NCBI GenBank assembly: GCA_030018455.1
Contig: JASEFU010000002.1
Span: 141,480-205,479, forward strand
Origin: Dehalococcoidia bacterium
GTDB taxonomy: Bacteria; Chloroflexota; Dehalococcoidia; DSTF01; JALHUB01
DNA: 64,000 nt
Direction of reading: 5' to 3'
Below, one piece after another: positions 18,615 through 28,304 of this stretch. The notes below the pieces were generated by a model. The model ran no database searches, was not told the DNA's origin, and saw only the letters and a list, made by a program, of their open reading frames with translations. Each line of letters starts with the position of its first letter. Position 1 is the first letter of the stretch. The position numbers were made by a program, and so were the translations under genes.

Positions 18615-19787
18615 CTAGTCTTCCGGCCGCAAGAAACGGATGATAAGCTCATCTCCCTCAAGTTTAGCACTCGTATTTTCCAGCGCCAGCAGGGCCCGCG
18701 GCAGGATGATGTTTCGCTTTTGCGTCCCCACGTGCACGATGAGCTCATCGGCCACGCGAGTCAGCCGGATGTTCTCCTTCTCAGCGAAGGGAAGCTTGAG
18801 CCGGAGCACGAAATCGCCGTCCTCTTGCGAGATGTCCTGTGCCCGGCCCTTGAACTGAATCGGCGTCGGGTCGTCATCCCCGTAGAGGGCTTCCGCGAAG
18901 CGGGCGAGCATCTTCATGCCCACGACCTCCTGCTCCATCAGCGGCGCCCTCAGTATGGGCAACGGGCTGAACGCCTCCTCCACCAGCCCGTAGTACTGCT
19001 CCTGCGCGTCCTTCCACTCAGAAAAGTAATCGTCGACCACCTCCTGCGGTATGAGGCGGTTGCAGACCACGAGGTCGGTGCGGTAGCCGTAGAGGTTGAG
19101 GTAGGTGTAGGTGCGCTGCGTCTCCTTTATCACCATCTTTTCGGGGTTGAGGACGAGACGCACGGAGCAGGTATTGCCGTCGCTGAGCACCTCCCGCATG
19201 TCATCGAGCTTGTCGAAGAGGTTCTTCACGGCGTCGAAGACCTCGTCCTCGGGGAGAGGCAGGTCGGTGACGCGCTTCAGCACGGGCCGGGCGATGCGGG
19301 CGGCGGTGCGCTGTATCGGAAAGATGCGGTGCAGCCACCAGCGCGTGACGTCGGGGAAGCTGAGGAGGCGCAGCGTCTCGGCGGTGGGCGCGCAGTCGAC
19401 GATGATGATGTCGTATTCATTCTCGTGGTAGTAGTTCGTGAGTTGGATGAGGCCCGCCAGTTCCTCCATGCCGGGGAGGATAGCCATCTCTTCCGCCAGC
19501 ACTTCATCGACGCCGCGCCAGGCCATGACGATCTTGATGTAGTTCTCCAGCGTCCCCCAGTGGGCCTCGGTCTCGCGAAAAACATCGAGCTCCTGCCCCC
19601 ACAGGTTGTCGGCGATGGGGACGATGCCGGCGCCGATCGGCCTGTCGAACGAGTCGCCGAGGCTGTGGGCGGCGTCGGTGCTGAGCGCGAGCGTCCTGTA
19701 GCCGAGCTGCGCCGCGCGAAGGGCGGTCGCCGCCGCGACGCTGGTCTTGCCGACGCCTCCTTTGCCCGTATAGAGGATGATTCTCAT
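18615..19787 (-). CDS. ArsA/GET3-family anion-transporting ATPase (single domain)
   Basis: P-loop GKGGVGKTSVAAATAL, ArsA/GET3 family similarity across 390 aa. Confidence 0.8.
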   Translation of the reverse strand: MRIILYTGKGGVGKTSVAAATALRAAQLGYRTLALSTDAAHSLGDSFDRPIGAGIVPIADNLWGQELDVFRETEAHWGTLENYIKIVMAWRGVDEVLAEEMAILPGMEELAGLIQLTNYYHENEYDIIIVDCAPTAETLRLLSFPDVTRWWLHRIFPIQRTAARIARPVLKRVTDLPLPEDEVFDAVKNLFDKLDDMREVLSDGNTCSVRLVLNPEKMVIKETQRTYTYLNLYGYRTDLVVCNRLIPQEVVDDYFSEWKDAQEQYYGLVEEAFSPLPILRAPLMEQEVVGMKMLARFAEALYGDDDPTPIQFKGRAQDISQEDGDFVLRLKLPFAEKENIRLTRVADELIVHVGTQKRNIILPRALLALENTSAKLEGDELIIRFLRPED

Positions 19788-19966
19788 GAGTCTCGGCCCC
19801 CTTGCGCGCAGGCGAAGCGCGGCGTCTTCATTGTCTCCGGCGGGGTCGGGCCTCTGTGCCCGACCCGGGCCCGATAGCGGACGATACTTCGCCGGGCGGG
19901 TTGTTTGTCCCCGTCCGCCGGCCGGGCTGGCGGCACGCGATTTCTCTGTCGGGCGCCACCTCTAAT

Positions 19967-22060
19967 TTAGCGCAAGTGGTACAGGACGTCGACCACCGCC
20001 GTGTTGGGCCGGGCGAGGAGGGCGCGCTTCAAGCGCAGCGCCGGTTGATTGTGAAGGAGCCCCTGCCAGACGTGGACGGGCACGAACTCCGGAAGAACGA
20101 CGGTGATCCGCGCGTTTGGGTTGGCGCGGTCGACGGCGTCGATGTACGCGAGGAAGGGCGCCACGAGGGCGCGGTAAGGCGACTCGACGATCACTATCGG
20201 CACGTCGGGGATCTTCTCCTCCCATTCGGCCCGCAGTTGCTCGGCCGCCTGCAGGTCGTCGGTCACGTGGACCGCCGTCACGTCGTCGGAAAGGGAGCGA
20301 GCGTAGTCGACAGTGCGGAGGACGGCGCGGTTCACGCCGTCGACGGGGACGATCACCGTCTGACCGCGGCCGTTGCCCACGGGCGCCTCTATCTCCCGCA
20401 GGTCCGTGTCGCGCACCGCCAGTTGCTCGCTCACCCGTGTGTAGTGGTGGTGGATCCGCTGGAACAAGAGCACCAGGATGGGTATGGCCACGAGCACCAT
20501 CCATGCTCCCTGCGTGAACTTGCTCGCCGCGATAATCACCGCTACGGTCGCGGTCGCCGCGGCGCCGATGCCGTTGATGATCATGCTTCGTTTTCGGCCA
20601 CGGTCATCCGAACGCAGCCAGTGTCTCACCATGCCTGTCTGTGACAGGCTAAAGCATATGAACACGCCGACGGCGTAGAGCGGTATGAGCCGGTGGGTCT
20701 CGGCCTGGTATATGACGAGCAGGCTGCCGGCGAGCAGTCCCAGAAGAAAGATTCCAGTCGAGAAGGCCAGCCGGTCGCCGCGGAAGGTCATGTGGTAGGG
20801 CAGAAACCTGTCCATCGCCATCACCGAGGCCAGACGGGGGAATCCGGCAAACGCCCCGTTTGTCGCCATCAGCAGGATGAGCATCGTCGCGACCTGCAAA
20901 ACGTAGTACGGGGGCGTCTCGCCGAACGCGGTCTTCCCTATTTGCGAGACCACCGTCGGCTGCTCAACAGGGACAATATCGAACAGGTTGGCGAGCGCCG
21001 TGAGGCCGAGGAAGAATGTCGCCAGGATCGCCGCCATCCATACGAGCGTCGTGGCCGCGTTTTTCGATTCCGGAGGCTTGAACGCGGGAACACCGTTGGC
21101 CATGGCCTCTATGCCCGTTAGCGCGGCCGAACCGGACGAAAAGGCGCGAAGGACAAGGAAAACCGTGAGAGTGCCCGTGGTCGTCTCTGCCGTCTCTGCT
21201 GCCAATGGTTCCGCTTCCGCCCCCAGGGCATACCTGATAAACCCGGTCACCAGCATCGCGCCGAAGCTGACTATGAACAGGTAGGTGGGGATTGAGAATA
21301 TGTTCCCCGACTCACGGACGCCGCGCAGATTGCCGAGGACGATGATCGACACCAGGAGGACAGCGAGCAGGACCCGCTCGTCGTAGAGAGCCGGCGCTGC
21401 AGACGTGATTGCCGCCACACCGGCGGATACGCTGACAGCCACCGTCAGCACGTAGTCCACCATCAGCGCTGACGCCGCCACCAGCCCCGGGAGCACCCCC
21501 AGGTTCTCTTTGGCGACGGTGTACGAGCCTCCGCCGCCGGGGTACGCACGGACCGTCTGGCGGTAGGAGAAGGCGACGGTGATCAGCAAGGCGGTGATAG
21601 CCGCCGCGATGGGCAGAGAAGCGTTGAGGGCGCCGCTGCCCGCAAGAATGAGGACGAGCAGGATCTCTTCTGTGGCGTATGCGCTGGAGGAGAGGGCGTC
21701 GGACGAAAAGATGGCGAGCGCCCGCACCTTGTCCAGCCGCTCGTGGATGGCCTGCGACGTCGCCAGCGGCGAGCCGATGAGGACCCGTCGCAGTCCGGAC
21801 CAGATCTGGCCGGGAAGGGTCCGCGGCCGCAGGAGGACGGCGGTAGCCTGGAGGTATGCAGGCGCCATGCGCTTCAGCGGCTGCTGGGAGCTGGGGGTGA
21901 TGCGGACGTAGCGTGAACCCGGCTTGGTGCCGCGCCGCACTTCGTAGAGCTGGAGGTCGGGCCTCAGCGGTTCCTGGCGACGCGGCACGCGGTAGACGCC
22001 GCGTCGCTCCATGTCATCGTGTCGCTGTCTGTCGGGAGGCGGCTCCGGAGGCGTGCTCAC
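19967..22060 (-). CDS. APC-family amino acid permease fused to C-terminal universal stress protein (UspA-like) domain
   Basis: 12-TM permease core + C-terminal Usp-like alpha/beta domain; N-terminal start uncertain. Confidence 0.75.
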   Translation of the reverse strand: MSTPPEPPPDRQRHDDMERRGVYRVPRRQEPLRPDLQLYEVRRGTKPGSRYVRITPSSQQPLKRMAPAYLQATAVLLRPRTLPGQIWSGLRRVLIGSPLATSQAIHERLDKVRALAIFSSDALSSSAYATEEILLVLILAGSGALNASLPIAAAITALLITVAFSYRQTVRAYPGGGGSYTVAKENLGVLPGLVAASALMVDYVLTVAVSVSAGVAAITSAAPALYDERVLLAVLLVSIIVLGNLRGVRESGNIFSIPTYLFIVSFGAMLVTGFIRYALGAEAEPLAAETAETTTGTLTVFLVLRAFSSGSAALTGIEAMANGVPAFKPPESKNAATTLVWMAAILATFFLGLTALANLFDIVPVEQPTVVSQIGKTAFGETPPYYVLQVATMLILLMATNGAFAGFPRLASVMAMDRFLPYHMTFRGDRLAFSTGIFLLGLLAGSLLVIYQAETHRLIPLYAVGVFICFSLSQTGMVRHWLRSDDRGRKRSMIINGIGAAATATVAVIIAASKFTQGAWMVLVAIPILVLLFQRIHHHYTRVSEQLAVRDTDLREIEAPVGNGRGQTVIVPVDGVNRAVLRTVDYARSLSDDVTAVHVTDDLQAAEQLRAEWEEKIPDVPIVIVESPYRALVAPFLAYIDAVDRANPNARITVVLPEFVPVHVWQGLLHNQPALRLKRALLARPNTAVVDVLYHLR

Positions 22061-22082
22061 TTTGTTTGGCCAGTTCTCCTCG

Positions 22083-24800
22083 TTAGTGCCTTCCGGGCCC
22101 CGGCGTCGTGATGGCTACAGGCGTCGGTGTCGGTGTCGCCGTCGATCGGGTCGTCACCGAGCGCGGAGTGGGCGTAGGCTTCTCCTCCTCGGCGACGACT
22201 TTGACCGTGACCATCGTGATAAGCTCGCCCCGCGCCCTGTCCTTGACCACCAGCCTGAGAACGTAGGTATCGGGCGCGAGGCCGCTCGTGTCCCATGCTC
22301 CCAGTGTCGTGTCTGAGAGGGGAGTGTTCGACTCGTGGATTACCGTCCACGATGACGGGGCGGCGCCCTGTCCGAATTCGAGACGGTACCATTCGAATTC
22401 GCCCGAGACCGCCCGTCCCGTTATCGTTACCGTGCCTGAGAGCTCCGCCCCTTCTGCGGGCGACATAATGGCGATGGGGATTTTGTCGGGGGTACTGATC
22501 TCCCTCGGCGGCGACGCGGCGCCCAGCTCCTTTGCCCATTCGAGGGCCCACTGTCTCTGGCCTTCGGGAAGATTATCCGGGATGACGAGGAACACCCGTT
22601 CCTGTATGAACTGCGGCGGAGTAGTCTCCCCTGCCAGCAGTCCGTTGCGGATATCGATCTTGACGGGGCGCCACCAGTCGTCCTTTTCCTTCGGCAGGCT
22701 GCTGGCGACGAAAAGGTCCTCGATGACCTTGCCGCAGTGCTCGCTGGGCAGTTTGCCGGAGGGGAAGCAGACCTTTGCCTTCACCACGCCTTCGGGCTTC
22801 TGGAAAGTAGACGCGGGCTGTCCCTCGAGGGCGGCTACCATAAAGTCGCGCAGGCTCCGCCACGAGATCGAGGTGCTGCTGATGTTCCACATGGGCGAGT
22901 TGTCGGCGTTGCCGGCCCAGACACCGACTACCAGTTCCGGCGTGTACCCCATGGCCCAGGTGTCGCCGATAGCGCGGCTGTTTTCGTAGGGCTCGCTTGT
23001 TCCGGTCTTGATGGCGGCCTGGCGTCCGGGGATACTGAGTCCGCCGCAGCCGAACGTCGCGCACTGGGCCTGCGGGTCGGAGAGTATGTCGGTTATCAAG
23101 TACGCGTATTCCGGCGGCACTACCGGCACGTCCACCCGCTCCTGATTGATGTCGAACAGCACCTCTCCCGAGGCGTCCACGACCTTCAGGATCGAGACCG
23201 GATCGATCTGCCTGCTCCCTTCCGGCAGGTCGAGCGCCGTCGCCACGCCGCGCATCACGCCGTTGTTCGCGAACACGGAATAGCCGTACACCATGTCCAC
23301 CAGCTTAACGTCGACGCCGCCGATGGTCAGAGACGGCCCGTAATGTCCTTCAAGCTCGGTCAGGCCCATCTTCCTGGCGGTCGCCACCACATCTTCGACG
23401 CCCGTGGCGAGGATCGTCTTGAAGGCGGGGACGTTCAACGAGTTCCCGAGCGCGTTGCGGATGCTGATCGGTCCCTTGAAGTCGCCGCTGGGGTTGCGAG
23501 GCGTGAACACGGAGCCGTCGGCCTCCGTCCAACTGATGGGAGTATCGAGTATGAGGGTGCCGGGGCCCCATCCCAGCTTCATGAACGAGGTTATGTAGGT
23601 AAACGGCTTGAGCGCAGAGCCCGGTGAGTTGAGAGCCTGCGCCATATCGTTGCGGCCCAGGATGTCGTCGCGGAAGTAGTCGCGGCTGCCCACGTAGACC
23701 AGTATTTCGCCCGTGCGGGGGTCCATCGCCACCAGGGCGCCGTTGTGGCCGCCGGAGCTCTCGAACGTCGTAATCCATTCCTCGAGTATTCCTTCCGCTT
23801 TCTTCTGGAGGTCGAGGTCGAGAGTTGTCGTGACTTCCAGTCCTCCGCGGTAGACCGCCTGGTGGCCGAACCTGGCCTCCAGCTCCGGCTGTATGTACGA
23901 CAGCACCCAGTGGGGTGCGTCGATGTCGAACCAGCGGGGGACGACCTCAAGCGGCGTGTTCACGGCTATCCAGCCCTCTTCGGGCGTGATCTTCCCTTTC
24001 TCCACCATGAGCAGCAGGACCTGGGTGCGCCGCGCGACCGCCGCCTCGGGGTTTTCCAGCGGGTTGTAGCAGCTCGGGCAGGCCGGTATGCCGGCGAGGA
24101 GCGCAGCCTCAGCGAGCGTAAGGTCTTTCGCCTTCTTGCCGAAGTAGCCCTCGGCGGCCGCTTCCACGCCGTTGTAGACGCTTCCATACGATATCTGGTT
24201 GAGGTACCACTCGAGTATCTGGTCTTTCGAGTAGCGGTTTGTCAGCTCCAGCGCGTATACGGTCTCCTTCAGCTTGCGGGAGATAGAGCGTTTCTGCCGG
24301 TCTTCCTCGGAGATGTAGATGTTCTTGACGAGTTGCTGCGTGATCGAGCTGCCACCGGTACCCTGGAGGAAACCGAGCTGGCCGGGGAAGAAGTTCTCGT
24401 AGGCGGCGCGTAGCAGACCCTTGATGTTGACGCCGGGGTTGGAGTAGAAGCTGGAGTCCTCCGTGGCGATCGTGGCGTCGATGAGGTAGGGGGAGACCTC
24501 CGAAAGCGGCACCGGACGCCGCAGCCCCGCGAGGTCGTCGACGAACTCATAGAGCAGACGGCCGTTGCGGTCGTATATCCTCGCGCCGCCCGACGACTGC
24601 TTCGCGAGCATCTCCTCCATCGGGAGGAGGTCGTTTGCGTAGACGCGGTAGATGATGAAACCGGCGGTGGCGACGGCCGCCGAGCCGATGGCGAACAGCC
24701 CCAAAAGGATGAGCGGAAGGAGGACCCAGAAGTTGAGCCTTTTCCTGTCCTTCCCGTTGCGGCTGCGCCAGCGGCGGCGGCGGTTGAAGAGTCTAGCCAT
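22083..24800 (-). CDS. Penicillin-binding protein 1A family (bifunctional transglycosylase/transpeptidase) with Pro/Thr-rich C-terminal extension
   Basis: GT51 motifs (EDSSFY, GSSITQQLVKN), transpeptidase SxxK/SxN/KTG. Confidence 0.9.
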   Translation of the reverse strand: MARLFNRRRRWRSRNGKDRKRLNFWVLLPLILLGLFAIGSAAVATAGFIIYRVYANDLLPMEEMLAKQSSGGARIYDRNGRLLYEFVDDLAGLRRPVPLSEVSPYLIDATIATEDSSFYSNPGVNIKGLLRAAYENFFPGQLGFLQGTGGSSITQQLVKNIYISEEDRQKRSISRKLKETVYALELTNRYSKDQILEWYLNQISYGSVYNGVEAAAEGYFGKKAKDLTLAEAALLAGIPACPSCYNPLENPEAAVARRTQVLLLMVEKGKITPEEGWIAVNTPLEVVPRWFDIDAPHWVLSYIQPELEARFGHQAVYRGGLEVTTTLDLDLQKKAEGILEEWITTFESSGGHNGALVAMDPRTGEILVYVGSRDYFRDDILGRNDMAQALNSPGSALKPFTYITSFMKLGWGPGTLILDTPISWTEADGSVFTPRNPSGDFKGPISIRNALGNSLNVPAFKTILATGVEDVVATARKMGLTELEGHYGPSLTIGGVDVKLVDMVYGYSVFANNGVMRGVATALDLPEGSRQIDPVSILKVVDASGEVLFDINQERVDVPVVPPEYAYLITDILSDPQAQCATFGCGGLSIPGRQAAIKTGTSEPYENSRAIGDTWAMGYTPELVVGVWAGNADNSPMWNISSTSISWRSLRDFMVAALEGQPASTFQKPEGVVKAKVCFPSGKLPSEHCGKVIEDLFVASSLPKEKDDWWRPVKIDIRNGLLAGETTPPQFIQERVFLVIPDNLPEGQRQWALEWAKELGAASPPREISTPDKIPIAIMSPAEGAELSGTVTITGRAVSGEFEWYRLEFGQGAAPSSWTVIHESNTPLSDTTLGAWDTSGLAPDTYVLRLVVKDRARGELITMVTVKVVAEEEKPTPTPRSVTTRSTATPTPTPVAITTPGPGRH

Positions 24801-25572
24801 TGTTGGTCGTCCTCCCTCCGGCCTTCTCGAGGATGAGGAGGTGGGAGAGGCCGAAAGCCCTCAGCCACGTGTTTTCCAGGCGATATAGTATCGCCCTCAG
24901 CGCGCCACCCAACAGTCTACTGCGGGCAGCGATGTTGTCGAATCCGGGGTAGACGATTGTGTGCGTTACCCACGACACGTCGAGCGCATGGGTGAGCGAT
25001 CGCAGGTTGCCCCTGGTGTATGCGCGGACGTGCGGGGCGAGACGGCGCCGCAGAAAGTCCGGCAGGTAGTTGACAAACGGTATGTTGCCGAAGATGTACC
25101 GTTTGCCGATGAAGACGCCGTGCGTCTCGAACGGGTAGAGGCGGTTGGGAGCGTAGACGACGATCTTGCCCCCCGGCCGGGCGACGCGCGTCGCCTCGCG
25201 CAGTGTCGCCGCGTCGCTGGAGACGTGTTCGATGACCTCGTTCAGGAGGACGGCGTCGAAGGTGTCATTTCGGAAGGGCATACGCTCGGCGGCGGCGAGG
25301 ACGAGGTTCGGAAGGGACGCTGAACCACGTCTTACGTGTTCGATCTCTACGTCGATGCCGTACACCTCCGGCGATAGCTCGCGCAGCCGCCGTACGTAGG
25401 CCCCGATTCCGCACCCGACGTCGAGGATGCGGGCGTTCTCCAGAGCGACATGCCGGCGGATGAGCGCCAGCCGGCGCTCCTGCCCAGCCCTCCACACGTA
25501 GCTCGGCCGGCCGCGCACCGCGGCCTTCGGCGGAGCTCCTGCCATCTGCGCCTCGCTTCCCGCCAATTGCAT
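24793..25572 (-). CDS. Class I SAM-dependent methyltransferase (possible true start at 25545)
   Basis: ILDVGCGIGAY motif I; downstream motifs. Confidence 0.75.
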   Translation of the reverse strand: MQLAGSEAQMAGAPPKAAVRGRPSYVWRAGQERRLALIRRHVALENARILDVGCGIGAYVRRLRELSPEVYGIDVEIEHVRRGSASLPNLVLAAAERMPFRNDTFDAVLLNEVIEHVSSDAATLREATRVARPGGKIVVYAPNRLYPFETHGVFIGKRYIFGNIPFVNYLPDFLRRRLAPHVRAYTRGNLRSLTHALDVSWVTHTIVYPGFDNIAARSRLLGGALRAILYRLENTWLRAFGLSHLLILEKAGGRTTNNG

Positions 25573-25608
25573 AATGGTATCACTGCGCCCAACGATATTC
25601 AACGTCGA

Positions 25609-25638
25609 TTGTCCCGCCCCAACCCCGATGCTATAATC
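25609..25638 (+). promoter_or_regulatory. Putative promoter TTGTCC-18-TATAAT for gatCA
   Basis: Consensus -10 TATAAT 28 nt upstream of gatC TTG start. Confidence 0.35.
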
Positions 25639-25666
25639 GCAGGCAAAGGGACTCAGAGGGAAGGAA

Positions 25667-25954
25667 TTGGGTCTTACACGCGAGGAAGTGGAGCATCTGG
25701 CCAAGCTGGCGCGGCTGGGCCTCAGCGAGGCCGACAAGGCCAGGTTCGAGGAGCAGCTTTCGGAAATACTCGACCACTTCGACGTCCTGCGCCAGATCGA
25801 CACTGAAGGCGTTCCCCCTACGGCGCACACGCTGCCCCTGGAAAACGTCTACGACTCCGACCACGCGCGGCCCTCGTTCCCGTCTGACGATATCCTGGCG
25901 AACGCGCCTTTGCGTGAAGACAGCCTCTTCCGGGTGCGCGCCATCCTCGAATGA
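25667..25954 (+). CDS. gatC: Asp-tRNA(Asn)/Glu-tRNA(Gln) amidotransferase subunit C
   Basis: 95 aa, GatC family (LTREEVEHLAKLARLGLSEAD...); TTG start with GAGGGAAGGA SD. Confidence 0.9.
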   Translation: MGLTREEVEHLAKLARLGLSEADKARFEEQLSEILDHFDVLRQIDTEGVPPTAHTLPLENVYDSDHARPSFPSDDILANAPLREDSLFRVRAILE

Positions 25955-26068
25955 CGCGGCCTTTACCCGCGCCTTGCTCTTGCACAGGAGGGATTTCTGG
26001 ACCTCTGCTATCTCACCATTCACGAAGCGGCGGCGCTCCTCTCGAAACGGGAGATATCCTCCCGCGAG

Positions 26069-27454
26069 TTGACGCAGGCGGTGCTCGACCGCATCGCCCT
26101 GGTGGAGGACAGCGTCAAGGCTTACGTCACGCTCACGCCCGAGCTCGCGCTCAAGCAGGCGGCGCACGCCGACGCCCGCATCGCTGAGGGCGCGGCTACG
26201 CCTCTTACGGGCATCCCCGTCTGCATCAAAGATGTCATCTGCACGAAGGGCGTTCCCACTACCTGCTCCTCGCGCATGCTCGCCAACTTCGTCCCCCCGT
26301 ACGACGCCTCCGTCACGCGACGCCTTCTCGACGCGGGCGCGGTGATGGTGGGCAAGGCAAACATGGACGAGTTCGCGATGGGCTCGTCGACGGAGAACTC
26401 GGCCTTCTTCCCCACGCACAACCCGTGGGACCTCGAGCGCGTGCCCGGCGGCTCTTCCGGCGGCTCGGCGGCGGCGACAGCGGCGGGCGAGTGCATTTTC
26501 GCCCTCGGCTCCGACACCGGCGGCAGCATTCGGCAGCCGGCGGGGCTTTGCGGCGTCGTCGGACTCAAGCCCACCTACGGCCGCGTCAGCCGCTTCGGCC
26601 TCGTCGCCTTCGCCAGCTCGCTCGACCAGATCGGCCCCATTACCCGCGATGTCGAAGACTGCGCTATCGTGCTCAACCACATCGGCGGCTACGACCCCTC
26701 CGATTCCACCTCCGCGAACGTGGAAATGCCCGACTTCGCTTCGTTCCTCCAGCGCGACCTCAAGGGCGTACGCATCGGCGTCCCGAAAGAGTACCTCCCC
26801 GACGAGATGGACGCGGGCGTGCGGCAGGCCGTTGTGGAGGCGATCAAGGTCATGGAGTCGCTGGGCGCGAGCGTCGATTGGGACGTCTCTCTTCCCAGCA
26901 CGCCCTACGCTCTCGCCGTGTACTACATCATCGCCCCCAGCGAGGCGATGGCGAACCTCGCCCGCTACGACGGCGTGAAGTACGGCTTCTCCTATCAGGA
27001 GGGCGAGAGCATGTGGGACAACATGGAGAAGACGCGCCAGTTCGGCTTCGGCGACGAGGTGAAGCGGCGCATCATGCTCGGCACGTTCGCGCTCTCCGCC
27101 GGTTACTACGACGCGTACTATCTTAAGGCTCAGAAGGTGCGCACGCTCATCCGTCGCGAATTCGACGCCGCGTTCGAGAAGTACGATGCGCTGGTAACGC
27201 CGGTGAGCCCGACGCCCGCGTTCCGTCTGGGGGAGAAGGTGGACACGCCGTATCAGATGTACCTGAGCGATATCTTCACCCTGCCCATCAACATCGCCGG
27301 CATACCGGGGATATCGGTGCCCGGCGGGTTCTCGGAAGGGTTGCCGGTGGGCGTGCAGATACTGGCGAAGCCGTTCGACGAGGGGTCGCTCTTCCGGGTT
27401 GCGTACGCGTACGAGCAGGCAACCGAGTGGCACAAGTCCCGCCCGCCGCTGTGA
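26069..27454 (+). CDS. gatA: Glutamyl-tRNA(Gln) amidotransferase subunit A (amidase signature); true start probably upstream (~25997, CTG)
   Basis: [10 protein letters not shown] amidase signature; in-frame upstream region encodes conserved GatA N-terminus [26 protein letters not shown] with no ATG/GTG/TTG. Confidence 0.9.
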   Translation: MTQAVLDRIALVEDSVKAYVTLTPELALKQAAHADARIAEGAATPLTGIPVCIKDVICTKGVPTTCSSRMLANFVPPYDASVTRRLLDAGAVMVGKANMDEFAMGSSTENSAFFPTHNPWDLERVPGGSSGGSAAATAAGECIFALGSDTGGSIRQPAGLCGVVGLKPTYGRVSRFGLVAFASSLDQIGPITRDVEDCAIVLNHIGGYDPSDSTSANVEMPDFASFLQRDLKGVRIGVPKEYLPDEMDAGVRQAVVEAIKVMESLGASVDWDVSLPSTPYALAVYYIIAPSEAMANLARYDGVKYGFSYQEGESMWDNMEKTRQFGFGDEVKRRIMLGTFALSAGYYDAYYLKAQKVRTLIRREFDAAFEKYDALVTPVSPTPAFRLGEKVDTPYQMYLSDIFTLPINIAGIPGISVPGGFSEGLPVGVQILAKPFDEGSLFRVAYAYEQATEWHKSRPPL

Positions 27455-27488
27455 ATGTTGCGTCCGCAGGGTGCGGCGCCAGGGGAGT

Positions 27489-27534
27489 GCAGAGGGGGCT
27501 TCCCCTCTGCTGGGCCTGCCTGCCGGCAGGCAGG
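27489..27534. repeat. GC-hairpin repeat locus A: GCAGAGGGG-GCTT-CCCCTCTGC + 20-bp palindrome CCTGCCTGCCGGCAGGCAGG
   Basis: Perfect 9-bp stem hairpin and perfect 20-nt palindrome, 35 nt after gatA stop. Confidence 0.8.
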
Positions 27535-27635
27535 TGGGAAGATAGACGTTGATGTTTCGGCGACCACGCCGACGCAGCTTGCAGGCACAAGTCTGATTCC
27601 GCTGTCGGACGCCGGAGACGACGAGGGAGGGAAAG

Positions 27636-28070
27636 ATGGAGCTGAATCCGGCGCAACAGATGCTCGCCAAGGGCTACCACTGATCGGAGTCCGTCCTCAC
27701 GGCCGTGTGCCGTGAACTCGGGGTCGAAAGCCCGCTTTTCCCGCGTATCGCCACCGCCTTCGCCGCCGGCATGGGACGCACCGGGGAGGTCTGCGGCGCC
27801 GTCGTCGGCGGCATCATGTGCATCGGCGTCGCCCACGGCCGCGACAAGAGCGACCAGCCGGACGACAAGGCCGTGCTGCTGACCCGCCGCTTCCTCAGCG
27901 CCTTCCGCGACGAGATGGGCGAGGTCCACTGCCGCGCCCTTACCGGCGTCGACTTCACGGTGGAGGAAGAGGTCCAGCGGTTCCGCACCTCTGACATACC
28001 TGTCAGGGTGTGCCTCCGCGCGGGCGGGCTCGCGTACGACCTCGCGCTCAAGCTGATACGAGAGGAGTAG
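27636..28070 (+). CDS. C_GCAxxG_C_C family redox protein, candidate selenoprotein (UGA 27681-27683 at position of first conserved Cys)
   Basis: ATG 27636 with GAGGGAGGG SD; MELNPAQQMLAKGYH-TGA-SESVLTAVCRELG...AFAAGMGRTGEVCGAVVGG matches GYNCAQ.../GFGGGMGRTG.CGA family pattern; ORF track supports 27705-28070. Confidence 0.55.
27697..27715 (+). promoter_or_regulatory. SECIS-like hairpin 13 nt downstream of UGA (UCACGGC-CGUGU-GCCGUGA)
   Basis: 7-bp stem, 5-nt loop containing GU, at canonical bacterial SECIS spacing. Confidence 0.4.
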
Positions 28071-28079
28071 CGGCGAGAG

Positions 28080-28304
28080 GTGGCGGAAGGCGGCCCCGTT
28101 CGCGTCGGGTGCTACTCCGGTGGACGCTACGGCGAGCGTCCACAATGGGTGGAGAGCGAAGGGCTGCGACGCAACGTCGTCAGCGTCGACGCGGAGCGCC
28201 GCCAGCCGGAGCGTCACGTGTTCGAGGTCACCCTGGAAGACAACGCGCGCATGGTCTTGTATTATTACCCGCATAAAGACGTGTGGCTGGGAGTTGAGAG
28301 ATGA
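28080..28304 (+). CDS. Small hypothetical protein (GTG start), co-oriented between C_GCAxxG gene and aminotransferase
   Basis: 74 aa; GAGAGGAG SD; stop overlaps aminotransferase start (ATGA). Confidence 0.4.
   Translation: MAEGGPVRVGCYSGGRYGERPQWVESEGLRRNVVSVDAERRQPERHVFEVTLEDNARMVLYYYPHKDVWLGVER

Noticed and set aside
17631-19877. 748-aa plus-strand ORF
   Set aside because: Antisense to the ArsA-like gene and the HExxH gene 3' end. Arg/Gly-rich, with no domain signal.
25631-27670. 679-aa minus-strand ORF
   Set aside because: Antisense to gatC/gatA. GC-frame artefact.
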